50,125 bases of DNA from contig MFRQ01000153.1 in NCBI GenBank assembly GCA_001784615.1, positions 1-50,125 of the forward strand. The letters are read 5' to 3'. The notes beneath the pieces were generated by a model. It did not search any database. It worked only from the letters and a program-made list of their open reading frames with translations, and was not told the origin of the DNA. Position numbers and translations under genes: made by a program. This DNA comes from Candidatus Melainabacteria bacterium RIFOXYA2_FULL_32_9 (GTDB lineage: Bacteria > Cyanobacteriota > Vampirovibrionia > Gastranaerophilales > UBA9579). Numbering within the stretch: the first letter of the stretch is position 1; each line of letters opens with the position of its first letter. Positions 28,386-39,005 of this stretch are shown one piece after another.

Positions 28386-30095
28386 ATGAAACAAAGAATC
28401 ATATTAATTATCGTAATTTTTATTATTACTCTTGCAGGGTTAATATTTGTGCATAAAAATTTCCTAATGACAAAAGCACAGACTTTCAACCCCACAAACA
28501 ATAAAAATATGATTAGGGTTGGAATAAGCACAAATGATTTTAGTAAGTTTGAGTATGATGAAATCAGTATTACTTCAAGAGGAAGATTTGAGTTTATAGA
28601 TAAAAACACTGGTTTGTCCATAGCAAACTCAGCAGGAAATGATATATTCACAATTAAAATAACTGACACAATGATGTCCGTTTATAATTCAGACAAACCT
28701 ATAGCAAAAAATATAATCGGTCCAATAAGTATTAAGTCTCAAAATAATACACCTTTTGAAATAGTTGACCTGAAAAGAAAAGGAAAACCTGCGCTTTATC
28801 GAGGGGAATTTGAAATAATTAAATCCCCAACAAAAAATAATAAATTTTCTGTTGTAAATATTTTACCCCTAGAAGATTATCTAAAAGGGGTAGTACCTAA
28901 TGAATTGCCTACTCATTTTGGCTTAGAAGCACTAAAAGCTCAAACAGTGGCTGCAAGAAATTATGCAATAAAGCCAAGGGTAAAACAATATTCTCAATTC
29001 GACATCTGTGATTCAGTAGAATGTCAGGTATATTTTGGGTATAACACAGAAGAATATTTATCAAACAAAGCTATAGAAGAAACAAAAGGACTTGTGGGTT
29101 TATATAATGATGATGTTATCCTGGCATTATACAGTTCTACTGCCGGCGGATACACAGAAAATTATGAAAATGCTTTTTCTGAAACAGGAAGTACAAAATT
29201 CCCCGCAACTCCATTACCATATTTGAAAGGAAAACCTGATATTGCAGGAACTCCAGTATTAAATAGTGAAAAAGCAGCAAGAAATTTTTATTCTTCTTCT
29301 CCCCCTAGTTTTGACGTAAACTCACATTACTACAGATGGACAAAAACCTGGTCAAGAGCAGAACTTGAATCAATTGTTAATAAAAATCTTATTAAATACT
29401 ATTCCCCATCATTTATTTACCCAAAACCGGAAAAAGAATCTAACATAGGAACATTGCAAAAGATAGAAGTACTATCAAGAGGAGTATCCGGCAAAGCTAT
29501 GATTGTAAAAATCATAACAAATAATGGAGAATGGCACGTATTAAAAGAACTGGTTATTAGAAGAGTTTTTGAAAATTCAGGAAAAATACTTCCAAGCGCT
29601 AACGTAATTTTCAACAATATATATGATTCTAACGGGAACCTTGTACAAATAGAAGCATTTGGAGGTGGACTGGGGCATGGTGTTGGTATGAGTCAATATG
29701 GTGCAGGTTATATGAGCAAGTCCGGCTATACCTTTGATAAGATACTTCAACATTATTATGATGGCATCTCTATAGGCACCTGGCCCATAATATTAACTAC
29801 AGGAAATATCACAACACCAATAACACAAACCTTTACCTCTCCTACTGGCAAGGCAAGCTTAATCATAGATAATAAAGATCATATAAATAATCTTAAAATA
29901 ACAGTAAACTCAAATGAGATTATTGTTTCAAAAGATGAATTAAATAGTGATAAAGTTAAAATAAATCTTGATAAATATACCTATAAAGGAGTAAATGAAA
30001 TAGTATACTATCCCCTCGAAGAGCAAAAAGCAAAAAATATAAAAGCATGGATAGAGGTTTTTGCACCAAATACGAGCAAAACAAGTGTTAACTAG
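28386..30095 (+). CDS. SpoIID/LytB-domain protein
   Basis: N-terminal membrane anchor, then LEDYLKGVVPNELP, ALKAQTVAARNYA, YSSTAGGYTEN and GHGVGMSQYGA. Confidence 0.85.
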   Translation: MKQRIILIIVIFIITLAGLIFVHKNFLMTKAQTFNPTNNKNMIRVGISTNDFSKFEYDEISITSRGRFEFIDKNTGLSIANSAGNDIFTIKITDTMMSVYNSDKPIAKNIIGPISIKSQNNTPFEIVDLKRKGKPALYRGEFEIIKSPTKNNKFSVVNILPLEDYLKGVVPNELPTHFGLEALKAQTVAARNYAIKPRVKQYSQFDICDSVECQVYFGYNTEEYLSNKAIEETKGLVGLYNDDVILALYSSTAGGYTENYENAFSETGSTKFPATPLPYLKGKPDIAGTPVLNSEKAARNFYSSSPPSFDVNSHYYRWTKTWSRAELESIVNKNLIKYYSPSFIYPKPEKESNIGTLQKIEVLSRGVSGKAMIVKIITNNGEWHVLKELVIRRVFENSGKILPSANVIFNNIYDSNGNLVQIEAFGGGLGHGVGMSQYGAGYMSKSGYTFDKILQHYYDGISIGTWPIILTTGNITTPITQTFTSPTGKASLIIDNKDHINNLKITVNSNEIIVSKDELNSDKVKINLDKYTYKGVNEIVYYPLEEQKAKNIKAWIEVFAPNTSKTSVN

Positions 30096-30117
30096 ACTTG
30101 AAGAGTAAAAAACCAAA

Positions 30118-31713
30118 ATGACAAAAAGTAATCTAATTAAAGTAGCTGGGTTAATAGCAGTAATAACCATTCTGAGTAAACTTGTAGGATTCTTAAGAGA
30201 TGTGGTGACAGCTGGAGCTTATGGTGCAACTACAATTAGTGATGCTTATTTCTATGCTTATCAAATACCTGCATTTGCATTAATTCTGCTTGGGGGATTA
30301 GGTGGACCTTTTCATACTGCAACAATTGCTGTTTTTTCTAAAATAATACCTGATATTGAAGAAAAACCTTCAAAAGAAGTTCAAAGTCTTTTAAATTCTT
30401 TTATAACAATAACGGGCATATGCTTTTTAGCATTAACCATATTAGTCTGGATATTTGCAGATCCAATAATAAAAGCTATAGCAGCAAATGCAAGTCCAGA
30501 ATTGCATAATCTGGCAACATTACAATTAAAAATAATGGCTCCAATAATGTTAATAGGTGGAGTTATAGGGATATTATACGGAATCTCTAACGTATATAAA
30601 GAATTTATGTTTACTGCCCTAAGCCCAACAATGGTAAGTATAGTAATAATCGGAGCAATATTAGTATTTAGAAACGATTCTACAGGAATAATTCTTGCCT
30701 GGGGCACCTTAATAGGCGCATTAGTTCAACTTTTAATACAATTACCTGTATTTTTCAAATCAGGTTTTACATATAAACCTGAATTTAAATTTTTCGATGA
30801 AAAAATAAAAAATATCAGAAAAATCCTCCTCCCTGCAATGATCGGAACAACCATAGGGCAAATAAATATATATGTAGATATGTTCTTTGCTTCTCAATTA
30901 ATCGCAGGAGCCTGGACTGCTATTGGATATGCAAATAGAATTTTTCAATTCCCTGTTGGAATCATAATAACAGCCTTACTGGTTCCATTATTTCCTATGT
31001 TTTCAACATTTGTTGGAAAAAGAGACTGGGACTCCCTTAAATATTATTTCCATAGAGGCTTAACATCATTATGGTTTATGTCCTTTCCAATTCTGGCTTT
31101 CATAATTATTTTTGCACAAGATGGAATAAAATTACTGCTTGAAAGAGGCCAATTTGATGCTAACGATACATATATGGTAAGTTTAGCTCTTATATATTTA
31201 TCTATCTCAATAATCCCATATGTAGCAAGAGATACCTTAACTAGAGTATTCTATGCATTTGATGATTCTAAAACCCCATTTTACGTAGCTATGGTTTCAA
31301 TTATAGTCAAAGCGACCCTGAATTTTATGCTCATAGGACATCTTGGCATTGGAGCCATAACTCTATCTACTACAGCAGTGACTATTATTAATTGTTTATT
31401 GCTGGCAATATTTATCAGAAACAAGATCGATCTTGAGTTTAAGCAGTTTATATCTCCTACGTTAAAAATCATTTTTGCTACTCTAACTATGTCAGCTATT
31501 GCCTTTGGATTTAAATGGTATTTCGAACAGGCAATGCCTGATACCTTACTTTATCTGACATTAAAACTCACAATTTGTGGAGTTATAAGCATAATAGTAT
31601 ATTTCATTACAGGCAAACTATTAAAACTTGGTGCAGCTGAACACGTTTTAGAACGGTTAAAAACTATGATTTGCAAGAAACCTATTACAGATACTGCTAT
31701 ATCAGGTGAATAA
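30118..31713 (+). CDS. murJ: lipid II flippase MurJ/MviN
   Basis: 531-aa polytopic protein. N-terminal ILSKLVGFLRDVVTAGAYGAT block typical of MurJ. Confidence 0.88.
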   Translation: MTKSNLIKVAGLIAVITILSKLVGFLRDVVTAGAYGATTISDAYFYAYQIPAFALILLGGLGGPFHTATIAVFSKIIPDIEEKPSKEVQSLLNSFITITGICFLALTILVWIFADPIIKAIAANASPELHNLATLQLKIMAPIMLIGGVIGILYGISNVYKEFMFTALSPTMVSIVIIGAILVFRNDSTGIILAWGTLIGALVQLLIQLPVFFKSGFTYKPEFKFFDEKIKNIRKILLPAMIGTTIGQINIYVDMFFASQLIAGAWTAIGYANRIFQFPVGIIITALLVPLFPMFSTFVGKRDWDSLKYYFHRGLTSLWFMSFPILAFIIIFAQDGIKLLLERGQFDANDTYMVSLALIYLSISIIPYVARDTLTRVFYAFDDSKTPFYVAMVSIIVKATLNFMLIGHLGIGAITLSTTAVTIINCLLLAIFIRNKIDLEFKQFISPTLKIIFATLTMSAIAFGFKWYFEQAMPDTLLYLTLKLTICGVISIIVYFITGKLLKLGAAEHVLERLKTMICKKPITDTAISGE

Positions 31714-31716
31714 AAA

Positions 31717-31751
31717 AGAAAATTCAGCTGGTTAGCTGAATTTTCTTTTTT
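31717..31751. terminator. bidirectional rho-independent terminator
   Basis: 12-bp stem AGAAAATTCAGC (31717-31728) / GCTGAATTTTCT (31735-31746), with an A run before and a T run after. Confidence 0.75.
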
Positions 31752-31769
31752 ATTTAGACCACTAATTAC

Positions 31770-32174
31770 TTATTTTTCATCATTTTTAGTTTTTAATTTT
31801 TTATCTTCTTTTTCCTGTTTTTCTTTAGCTTTTTTATTTTCTTTTTCTTTTGTTGCTTGAGCATTAAGAACAGGACTATCATAAATATAATCTCGTCCTG
31901 CATCACCACCATCTAAATTCCTGTTCATACGTTCTGCTGATGCTGCCATTCTTTCTAACATATTAATTATATAATTAATCCAGTTTTCTTCAAGAACCCT
32001 ATTTTCTTCAGTTCTTTTTTCATTAGCTCGCTTTTCAGGATCAATAAATATACTTATATTTGGTTCTTTATCATCCTTTGAAATACTTTCTTTCTTTTTA
32101 CTTAAGCTTTGAATTTCTGTTTTTAAAGCAGTAGCATCAACATTACCATTCATTTGTAAACTAGGACTGCTCAT
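31770..32174 (-). CDS. hypothetical Lys/Glu-rich protein
   Basis: 134-aa ORF with a highly charged low-complexity C-terminus (KEKENKKAKEKQEKEDKKLK). No family recognised. Confidence 0.45.
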   Translation of the reverse strand: MSSPSLQMNGNVDATALKTEIQSLSKKKESISKDDKEPNISIFIDPEKRANEKRTEENRVLEENWINYIINMLERMAASAERMNRNLDGGDAGRDYIYDSPVLNAQATKEKENKKAKEKQEKEDKKLKTKNDEK

Positions 32175-32760
32175 AAGTTACCCCCAAATTTATCTATACA
32201 TAAAAACACCTCTAATTTATTAAAAACAAAATAGATTTAAAAATTGCCTATAAAATATAGAATTATGAAATATCTGATATATAAAATTTATCTACCTTGA
32301 GTCAAACTAAAAATATAAAAAATCTCACCAGTAGCAAGCATCCAAAAATGATTTTTTTTCATTATGAAGTCTCAAAACAGGACATTGCAGTCTTAACAGC
32401 ATTATTCTCTTTTTAGAAAATTTAAAAACAGGGTATTTACAGGGAAATTCTTATTTTTTCAACTACTTATAAATATACGTGTATGTAAATTGCAATTATT
32501 ACTGAATAAAAGAAGCTCAAGTAAATAAGATTCCCTAAAAACATAACAGGGAATTATTTTTGAAATTTTAGTTAAAAAACTTTAAATGTAAAAAATATAA
32601 TTCCTAAAGCTGCAACTATATTAGAAAGACTATAATAATAAACAAATTACTGATTATGCTTAAGCTTCTCATAGTAATTTTGAAAATATGTAGAACAGTA
32701 ATGTTTATTTTATACTGATTTTTTGAAACAGATTAAATAAATTAAGAAGTTAGATAATCA

Positions 32761-33049
32761 TTGTTCCAATTGCCAAATGCACAAATATATTCATTACAAA
32801 AAGGCTATGGGATTGAGCAGTTAAAAGATTTACCTAAACCTTGGAGAAACATTTAATGATTTCTCAGACACTGCTGTCATTCAAAATCTTGATCTTGTTA
32901 TAGGAATAGATAGTGCTGGAGCTCTAGATAAACCTGTCTGGTATAAAAGCGCAAGACTATTCAGACCAAAATTAAATGAAAACAGGATAGAGGTTATGAA
33001 AAAAGTAAAATCAAGTCTTGAAGAATTATACCCACGAAGGTATTTCTGA
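32761..33049 (+). pseudogene. remnant of the C-terminal domain of a GT9 (heptosyltransferase-like)/TPR-GT protein
   Basis: Frame 1 reads LPNAQIYSLQKGYGIEQLKDLP and stops at 32854. The +1 frame from 32852 reads FNDFSDTAVIQNLDLVIGIDSAGALDKPVWYKSARLFRP. An internal segment between GKPVW and WYxSxRLFRQ-type blocks is missing, and there is no N-terminal part. Confidence 0.6.
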
Positions 33050-33186
33050 TGATTTTGTGAATATCAAATAATTATTATTTATAGTATAAATTAAAATTAT
33101 TGCCATAATAGATAATAACCAAATTAGCTTAATAAGGTAATGCCTTAAGTCAATTATTCGGTTAAGATAGTTCTGGTGGGGTAATT

Positions 33187-33309
33187 ATGGGGTTTTATCT
33201 AATGGAATCACTCCAAACAGTAGCGAAATGTTTTGGGATAGTTGGAATCTTTATTCTGCCTTTACTTATCATTATTATTGCTTATTACCTTTTATTTTTA
33301 GCATTATAA
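33187..33309 (+). CDS. candidate 40-aa hydrophobic peptide
   Basis: MGFYLMESLQTVAKCFGIVGIFILPLLIIIIAYYLLFLAL. GGTGGGG SD at 33175-33181. A terminator hairpin follows. Confidence 0.35.
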   Translation: MGFYLMESLQTVAKCFGIVGIFILPLLIIIIAYYLLFLAL

Positions 33310-33330
33310 TTGCGTATTCAAAAGACTAAA

Positions 33331-33357
33331 GAGGCTTCATTACTGAAGTCTCTTTTT
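33331..33357 (+). terminator. rho-independent terminator
   Basis: GAGGCTTCA (33331-33339) / TGAAGTCTC (33344-33352), 4-nt loop, TTTTT at 33353-33357. Confidence 0.6.
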
Positions 33358-33416
33358 ATTTACAAGGTTATAATAACTAACAAATCCGCTATTTTATGAT
33401 TTTATCTCGATAAAAT

Positions 33417-34664
33417 TTATAATTTGACTAACCTGGCAAATTTACGCTTTCCAACTTGCAGAATTAAGGAGTCGTTACCGTTAAATCCAATTTTTTGACC
33501 AATATCTGTGACTTTTTCGTTATCAATTTTAACTCCACCACCTTGAATTAAGCGTTTTGCTTCACCTTTACTTTGCGCCAGACCTTTTTCTGCAATAAAA
33601 TCAATTAATGAAGTCCCTTCATTGACACTAATTTCCTCTATATTCTCAGGTACACCTTTTTTCTGGAATATATTTATAAATTCCTGTTCGGCATTCTGGG
33701 CTTCTTCAAGAGAATAATACTCAGTTACTATAATTCGAGCCAGAGTCATCTTATAATCTCTTGGATTTACCTGACCAGATTCTAATTCCTTCTGATAATC
33801 CCTTAATTGTTCAGTTGAGACATCGGTAAGCAGCTCAAAATATCTCAAAATTAAGTTATCAGGAATAGACATAATCTTGCCATACATATTTTTAGGATCA
33901 TCAGTCAAGCTAATACAATGCTCAGGATATGATTTGGACATTTTTACAACACCGTCAGTGCCTTCAAGAAGTGGTAACAGTATTACCATCTGAGGATTTG
34001 TCTTACCATAAGCATTCTGAATATCCCTGCCTAAAAGAACGTTAAATCTCTGATCAGTTCCACCAAGCTCAATATCTGAGTTTACTATTACTGAATCATA
34101 TGCCTGCATAAGAGGATAGAAAAATTCATGTACAGAAATTGGTTTACCTTCAGTATAACGTTTAGAAAAATCTTCTCTTACAAGCATTTGAGCGACCGTT
34201 ACATTAGATGAAAGTCTTAATAGATCAGTTAATTTCATCTCATGCAACCAGTCCGCATTATTAACAATTTCAGCTTTAGTTACATCAACAACTTTACTCA
34301 TCTGATCCAGATAAGTTTTAGCATTTTCATCAACTTCTTCCCTGCTAAGGCTTGGTCTTGTTTCTGATTTACCCGACGGATCACCTATCATAGCAGTAGC
34401 ACCACCAATTATTAATATAACCTGATGCCCTGCAAGCTGAAATTGCTTTAATTTTCTCATTACAACAGTGTGTCCAAGGTGTAAATCAGGTCTTGTAGGA
34501 TCAAGTCCCAGTTTTACTCTTAAAGGAGTTCCTGTTTCATCTGCTTTTTGAAGTTTTTTTGCAAGTTCCATCACTCCACCAGGTAAAACCTCAGCACCTC
34601 TTGCAAGAAACTCGGCTTCCTTTATAAATTTTTCAGCAATTTCTTTATTTTCTACTTTATCCAT
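33417..34664 (-). CDS. tyrS: tyrosine--tRNA ligase
   Basis: HLGH (HIGH-class) motif, KMSKS, C-terminal S4-like domain. Confidence 0.92.
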   Translation of the reverse strand: MDKVENKEIAEKFIKEAEFLARGAEVLPGGVMELAKKLQKADETGTPLRVKLGLDPTRPDLHLGHTVVMRKLKQFQLAGHQVILIIGGATAMIGDPSGKSETRPSLSREEVDENAKTYLDQMSKVVDVTKAEIVNNADWLHEMKLTDLLRLSSNVTVAQMLVREDFSKRYTEGKPISVHEFFYPLMQAYDSVIVNSDIELGGTDQRFNVLLGRDIQNAYGKTNPQMVILLPLLEGTDGVVKMSKSYPEHCISLTDDPKNMYGKIMSIPDNLILRYFELLTDVSTEQLRDYQKELESGQVNPRDYKMTLARIIVTEYYSLEEAQNAEQEFINIFQKKGVPENIEEISVNEGTSLIDFIAEKGLAQSKGEAKRLIQGGGVKIDNEKVTDIGQKIGFNGNDSLILQVGKRKFARLVKL

Positions 34665-34672
34665 ACTCGCCT

Positions 34673-35890
34673 CTATTTGTCTGTTAAAATACTCAAAATA
34701 CTTTCTACATCCTTGTCACCTCTGCCTGACAAGCAGACAGTGACAATATCATCTTTTTTTGTTTTGGGCATAAGTTCTTCTAAATAAGCAAGGGCATGTG
34801 AGGATTCAAGAGCAGGTACTATGCCTTCCAGTCTTGTTAGGAGCTTAAATGCATTTAAAGCCTGATCATCATTAATTGGAAAATAACTAACCCGGCCTGT
34901 ATCTTTCAGGTAACTGTGCTCCGGGCCAACACCGGGATAATCAAGTCCTGCTGAAATACTATGCGCTTCTTCAATTTGCCCATAATTATCCTGAAGCACA
35001 TAGCTCATAGACCCATGCAATACACCAGCTCTACCTTTAGTAAGGCTTGCAGCATGTTTATTTGTTTCCACTCCACATCCAGCAGCTTCAAGACCAATTA
35101 AATTTACATTTTTATCTTTGATAAAACTATAAAACATGCCCATCGAGTTACTTCCTCCGCCTATACAGGCAAGGACATAATCAGGTAATCTTTTTTCCAT
35201 CTCTAAAGACTGATATCTGGTTTCATTTCCTATAACTGACTGGAAACATCTAACCATTTTAGGATATGGATGGGGTCCAACAGTTGAACCTATTATATAA
35301 TGGGTATTTTCCACATTTGTCACCCAATCCCTAATGGCCTCACTGGTAGCATCTTTAAGTGTCCTACTACCGGAATATACAGGTGTGACTTTTGAGCCCA
35401 ATAGTCTCATTCTATCTACATTAACAGCCTGACGCTTCATATCCTCTTCACCCATGTAGACTTCACATTCCAGGCCAAAGAGAGCACAAACCGTAGCCGT
35501 TGCAACACCATGCTGACCCGCTCCGGTTTCAGCTATTATGCGTTTTTTACCCATTTTTATAGCAAGCAATATCTGTCCCAGGGTGTTATTGATTTTATGA
35601 GCACCTGTATGGTTCAAATCTTCTCTTTTTAAATAAATTTTAGCTTTTCCATAATATTCAGTAAGCCTGGTCGCCAAATATAAAGGTGTTGGCCTTCCTG
35701 AATAGTTTTTCATTAAACTATATAGATCATTTAAGAAATTCTCATCTTCCCATGCCTGATTAAACGCTGTTTCCAGTTCAGTTAACGCAGACATTAAAGT
35801 TTCAGGCACATATTTCCCACCAAACTCACCAAATCTACCTTTAATATCAGGCAATTTATAGGGCTCATTTTTATCAAAAAAATGGTTCAT
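34673..35890 (-). CDS. trpB: tryptophan synthase beta chain
   Basis: [24 protein letters not shown]-lysine block, GGGSNSMG. Lies 8 nt upstream of tyrS. Confidence 0.92.
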   Translation of the reverse strand: MNHFFDKNEPYKLPDIKGRFGEFGGKYVPETLMSALTELETAFNQAWEDENFLNDLYSLMKNYSGRPTPLYLATRLTEYYGKAKIYLKREDLNHTGAHKINNTLGQILLAIKMGKKRIIAETGAGQHGVATATVCALFGLECEVYMGEEDMKRQAVNVDRMRLLGSKVTPVYSGSRTLKDATSEAIRDWVTNVENTHYIIGSTVGPHPYPKMVRCFQSVIGNETRYQSLEMEKRLPDYVLACIGGGSNSMGMFYSFIKDKNVNLIGLEAAGCGVETNKHAASLTKGRAGVLHGSMSYVLQDNYGQIEEAHSISAGLDYPGVGPEHSYLKDTGRVSYFPINDDQALNAFKLLTRLEGIVPALESSHALAYLEELMPKTKKDDIVTVCLSGRGDKDVESILSILTDK

Positions 35891-36096
35891 TATTTTCCCT
35901 CAACTAAAATCAAGTTTAATATTAATTTTAGACTAATAAATAATTAAATTAAACACTTTATGAACTCTATTTATAAATAATTCTGATCCTTCAGGCTAAA
36001 AATAATAGTACTGAAGGAATTTCTTATGAAAATCTTTATAATTTTTAGAAAACTTATTAGAACGTCTGGTTTCTGAGCCTACATCCACCAAATCCA

Positions 36097-38412
36097 CTAG
36101 AAAATCTCACTGGTTATAATATTAGACTTATCTTTATAATCAAGAATTTTATCTCTTTTGATTTTATGAACAAGATATGCAGCCTGGCCTATACTTAAAC
36201 TCTCATCATTAGTCGAAATATTTTTATGTGTTAAAGGCATTAAACCAACTTTTTCAAGTTCTTTAACAGTTCTTTCAAGTAAAAGCACATTCATCCAGAC
36301 TGAACCAGATAAAGCAACCTGCTTAATTCCCTTTTTCTTGCTTATTTCAAGACAAGTATGAGCTACCATTTTTGCAAGAGTATTATGAAATTTACCGAGT
36401 ATCTTAGAAACAGGCTCTTTTAACTCAATATCTTTAGCTATAAACTGTATCAGGCTATTAATATTTTTAATATTGTAATCTTTCAGTAAATATATATCTT
36501 CACAGTTCTTATCAGCCAAACTTTCAAGATAGAGAGCCGAATATTCTTCATAATAAGAATGTCTGGCAGCTCCAACTATTGCAGCAACAGCATCAAACAA
36601 TTTTCCTGCTGATGAAGTCAAGGGCGAGCTTACACCTTTATTCATCAAGCTGGAAAACATATATTCTTCTTCCTGACTAAGTTCTAAATTCTTATACGCA
36701 GGATGACTAATATCAATTCCGGCTTTTTGTAATAAACTATAACCTAACCTATAAATCTGAGACTCTTTTCCTTTAACTCCAATCATCTTAAAAACAGGAA
36801 TATAAGCTGCTCTTTCATATTTTAAATCTCTTGAAACAAGGAATTCCCCACCCCAAACTGTCTGATCAGCACCATATTCTGAACCATCAAATATTACGCC
36901 AATAACCGGAGTAGTTATTGCAATATCATTGTCAACAAGGCAACTAATCAAATGGGCATAACTATGCTGCATTTGCGAATATGGGATTTTTAATGTTTTT
37001 ACATACCTTGTAGAAAAATAATCAGGATTTAAATCACATACGGCATGTTCTGGAGATACATTAAATAACTTGCAAAACAATATTACATTCTTTTTATACA
37101 AATCAAAAACATTAGATGTATCTAAATCTCCCATATAAGGACTAACATGGATTCTACCATCCGGAGTAGTAAGAGCAATGGTAGAATTCTGATGAGCTCC
37201 ACATGCTAAAACTACAGGACAAGAATCCATATCCATTAGGAGTCTATTATTAGGAGCATAGCCTCTAGCTAATCTAAATGAGTACTTTTTGTTATTGGCC
37301 ACAGTAACAATACTGTCATCTGATCCATTTTTAATATTTAAATCATGGAATAAAATCCCATCAACCAATTCCCCAAATGCGGATTCAGCCTTATGATTAT
37401 CTATCTCAATTGTTTGACCGCTTTTATTGGCACTACTCATTAATAAAACATTGAAATTACCGCTATCAAATAACAAATAATGAATTGGATTAACAGGAAG
37501 CATGACGCCGACTCGATCAAATCCTGAAGCTACATTCGAAGCAAGGTAATCAGGATTTTTAATACGTAATACAACTACCGGTCTCTCTTTTGATGTTAAT
37601 AATTCCTTCTCAACATCATTTACATAAGCAAATTTTTCTACTTCCTGAATATTTCTTGCCATTACGGTCAGAGGCTTATCTCTTCTAACTTTTATTTCCC
37701 TGATTTTTTCTACTGCTTCACTTGAAAAAGCGCTTGAACATAAATAGAAGCAATTAATACTTTTTAAAAGCATTATTCCTTGCTGATCAATAATTCTGGC
37801 AGCTACCTTAAAGCTCTCTTCCTGATTAAGATAGACTTTATTTTTATCTTTTAGCCAAATCCTTGGCCCACAAGCATGACAGTTAGAAAAATCCCCATCT
37901 AACATTTCCTTACTTATATCTTCTTGACACTCATAGCAATATTCAAATTCACCAAATGAAGAATTTTCCTTGGTAAAAGGCAAAGAATTAATAACACTGT
38001 ATCTAGGGCCACATTTATTGCAAGCAATAAACGGATAATTATGTTTCCTTGACTTAGAATCGAATAACTTACTTACACAGTCATCACATAATGCTGTATC
38101 TTGCGGCACAGGTTCAACGTAATTAAACTCAGAATCGCTCTCAATAATATAAAATCTATTACTGTTTAAAACAGTTACATCATGTGATTCAAACTCTACC
38201 ACTTTTGACATAGGTTTAGCGTTATCACAAATAGATGATACAAACTCAATTACTGAGTAATTATCACCCTCAACTTCCATAATGATAAATTCATTACAGT
38301 ACTTAACCCAACCTGATAGTCCAAACTTTTTAACTAAAGAATAAACATAAGAAATAAAAGCTTTAGACCCAATAATACCAGAAATCTTAATACTTTTTCT
38401 AACTCTCACCAT
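36097..38412 (-). CDS. hypF: HypF-like carbamoyltransferase
   Basis: 771 aa. Acylphosphatase-like N-terminus, two CxxC-x18-CxxC zinc-finger units (CDDC...CNKC, CYEC...CHAC), then YrdC-like and Kae1-like parts. Confidence 0.8.
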   Translation of the reverse strand: MVRVRKSIKISGIIGSKAFISYVYSLVKKFGLSGWVKYCNEFIIMEVEGDNYSVIEFVSSICDNAKPMSKVVEFESHDVTVLNSNRFYIIESDSEFNYVEPVPQDTALCDDCVSKLFDSKSRKHNYPFIACNKCGPRYSVINSLPFTKENSSFGEFEYCYECQEDISKEMLDGDFSNCHACGPRIWLKDKNKVYLNQEESFKVAARIIDQQGIMLLKSINCFYLCSSAFSSEAVEKIREIKVRRDKPLTVMARNIQEVEKFAYVNDVEKELLTSKERPVVVLRIKNPDYLASNVASGFDRVGVMLPVNPIHYLLFDSGNFNVLLMSSANKSGQTIEIDNHKAESAFGELVDGILFHDLNIKNGSDDSIVTVANNKKYSFRLARGYAPNNRLLMDMDSCPVVLACGAHQNSTIALTTPDGRIHVSPYMGDLDTSNVFDLYKKNVILFCKLFNVSPEHAVCDLNPDYFSTRYVKTLKIPYSQMQHSYAHLISCLVDNDIAITTPVIGVIFDGSEYGADQTVWGGEFLVSRDLKYERAAYIPVFKMIGVKGKESQIYRLGYSLLQKAGIDISHPAYKNLELSQEEEYMFSSLMNKGVSSPLTSSAGKLFDAVAAIVGAARHSYYEEYSALYLESLADKNCEDIYLLKDYNIKNINSLIQFIAKDIELKEPVSKILGKFHNTLAKMVAHTCLEISKKKGIKQVALSGSVWMNVLLLERTVKELEKVGLMPLTHKNISTNDESLSIGQAAYLVHKIKRDKILDYKDKSNIITSEIF

Positions 38413-38802
38413 AGCTAATTTAAATAACCCCTTACAGAACGATATTCTAACAGACTCTCCAACTTAAAGAAGTACCGACTAATTTCCCCTATTTGCTTTA
38501 AAACAGATCTAAAAAAATATTGACACTAAAAAGTAAAATTTAACTAAATTAATTATTTATTTTAATAATCGGTTTTCTATAATATCTATAACTAAAATTA
38601 TTACATAAACACAATTTTGTACAATAGTCATAAGTACATTGACTCTGAGACTTTACGTACACGATTCGATTTAATCTATTATTTAATTAATTTAGTTATT
38701 GTTCCATGATACCCGTTTTAAATTCTTTTTAAATATGAATGCCCGAAAACGGTTAACTAAATTTACAAACTTAGAGTCCCTATCCAATAAACAAATTTTT
38801 AT

Positions 38803-39005
38803 TGTCAATTGCGAGGTGCTTCGCACTGTATCTGGTTATCAATCATTCCAATAATACCGCTAATATTACAAGGGTACTTCGCACTTTCTTTGGTCAATAA
38901 TCATTCCAATAATACCTCGCTGTCATTGCGAGCCATGAATCGTGACTTGAAGAAATAATCATACTCGCGTGGCAATCTCATAAACTTATGCAGGTGCACT
39001 TGCGA
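38803..39005. repeat. GTCATTGCGAG-box repeat cluster
   Basis: GTCAATTGCGAGGTGCTTCGCACTGT..TCAATCATTCCAATAATAC (twice), then GTCATTGCGAGCCATGAATCGTG...CGCGTGGCAATCT. Confidence 0.8.

Noticed and set aside
35891-36096. T-box or attenuator leader upstream of trpB-tyrS.
   Set aside because: No T-box conserved sequence and no specifier or antiterminator arrangement is visible. The only feature is a 7-bp hairpin (CCTTCAG/CTGAAGG), which is more likely the hypF 3' end.
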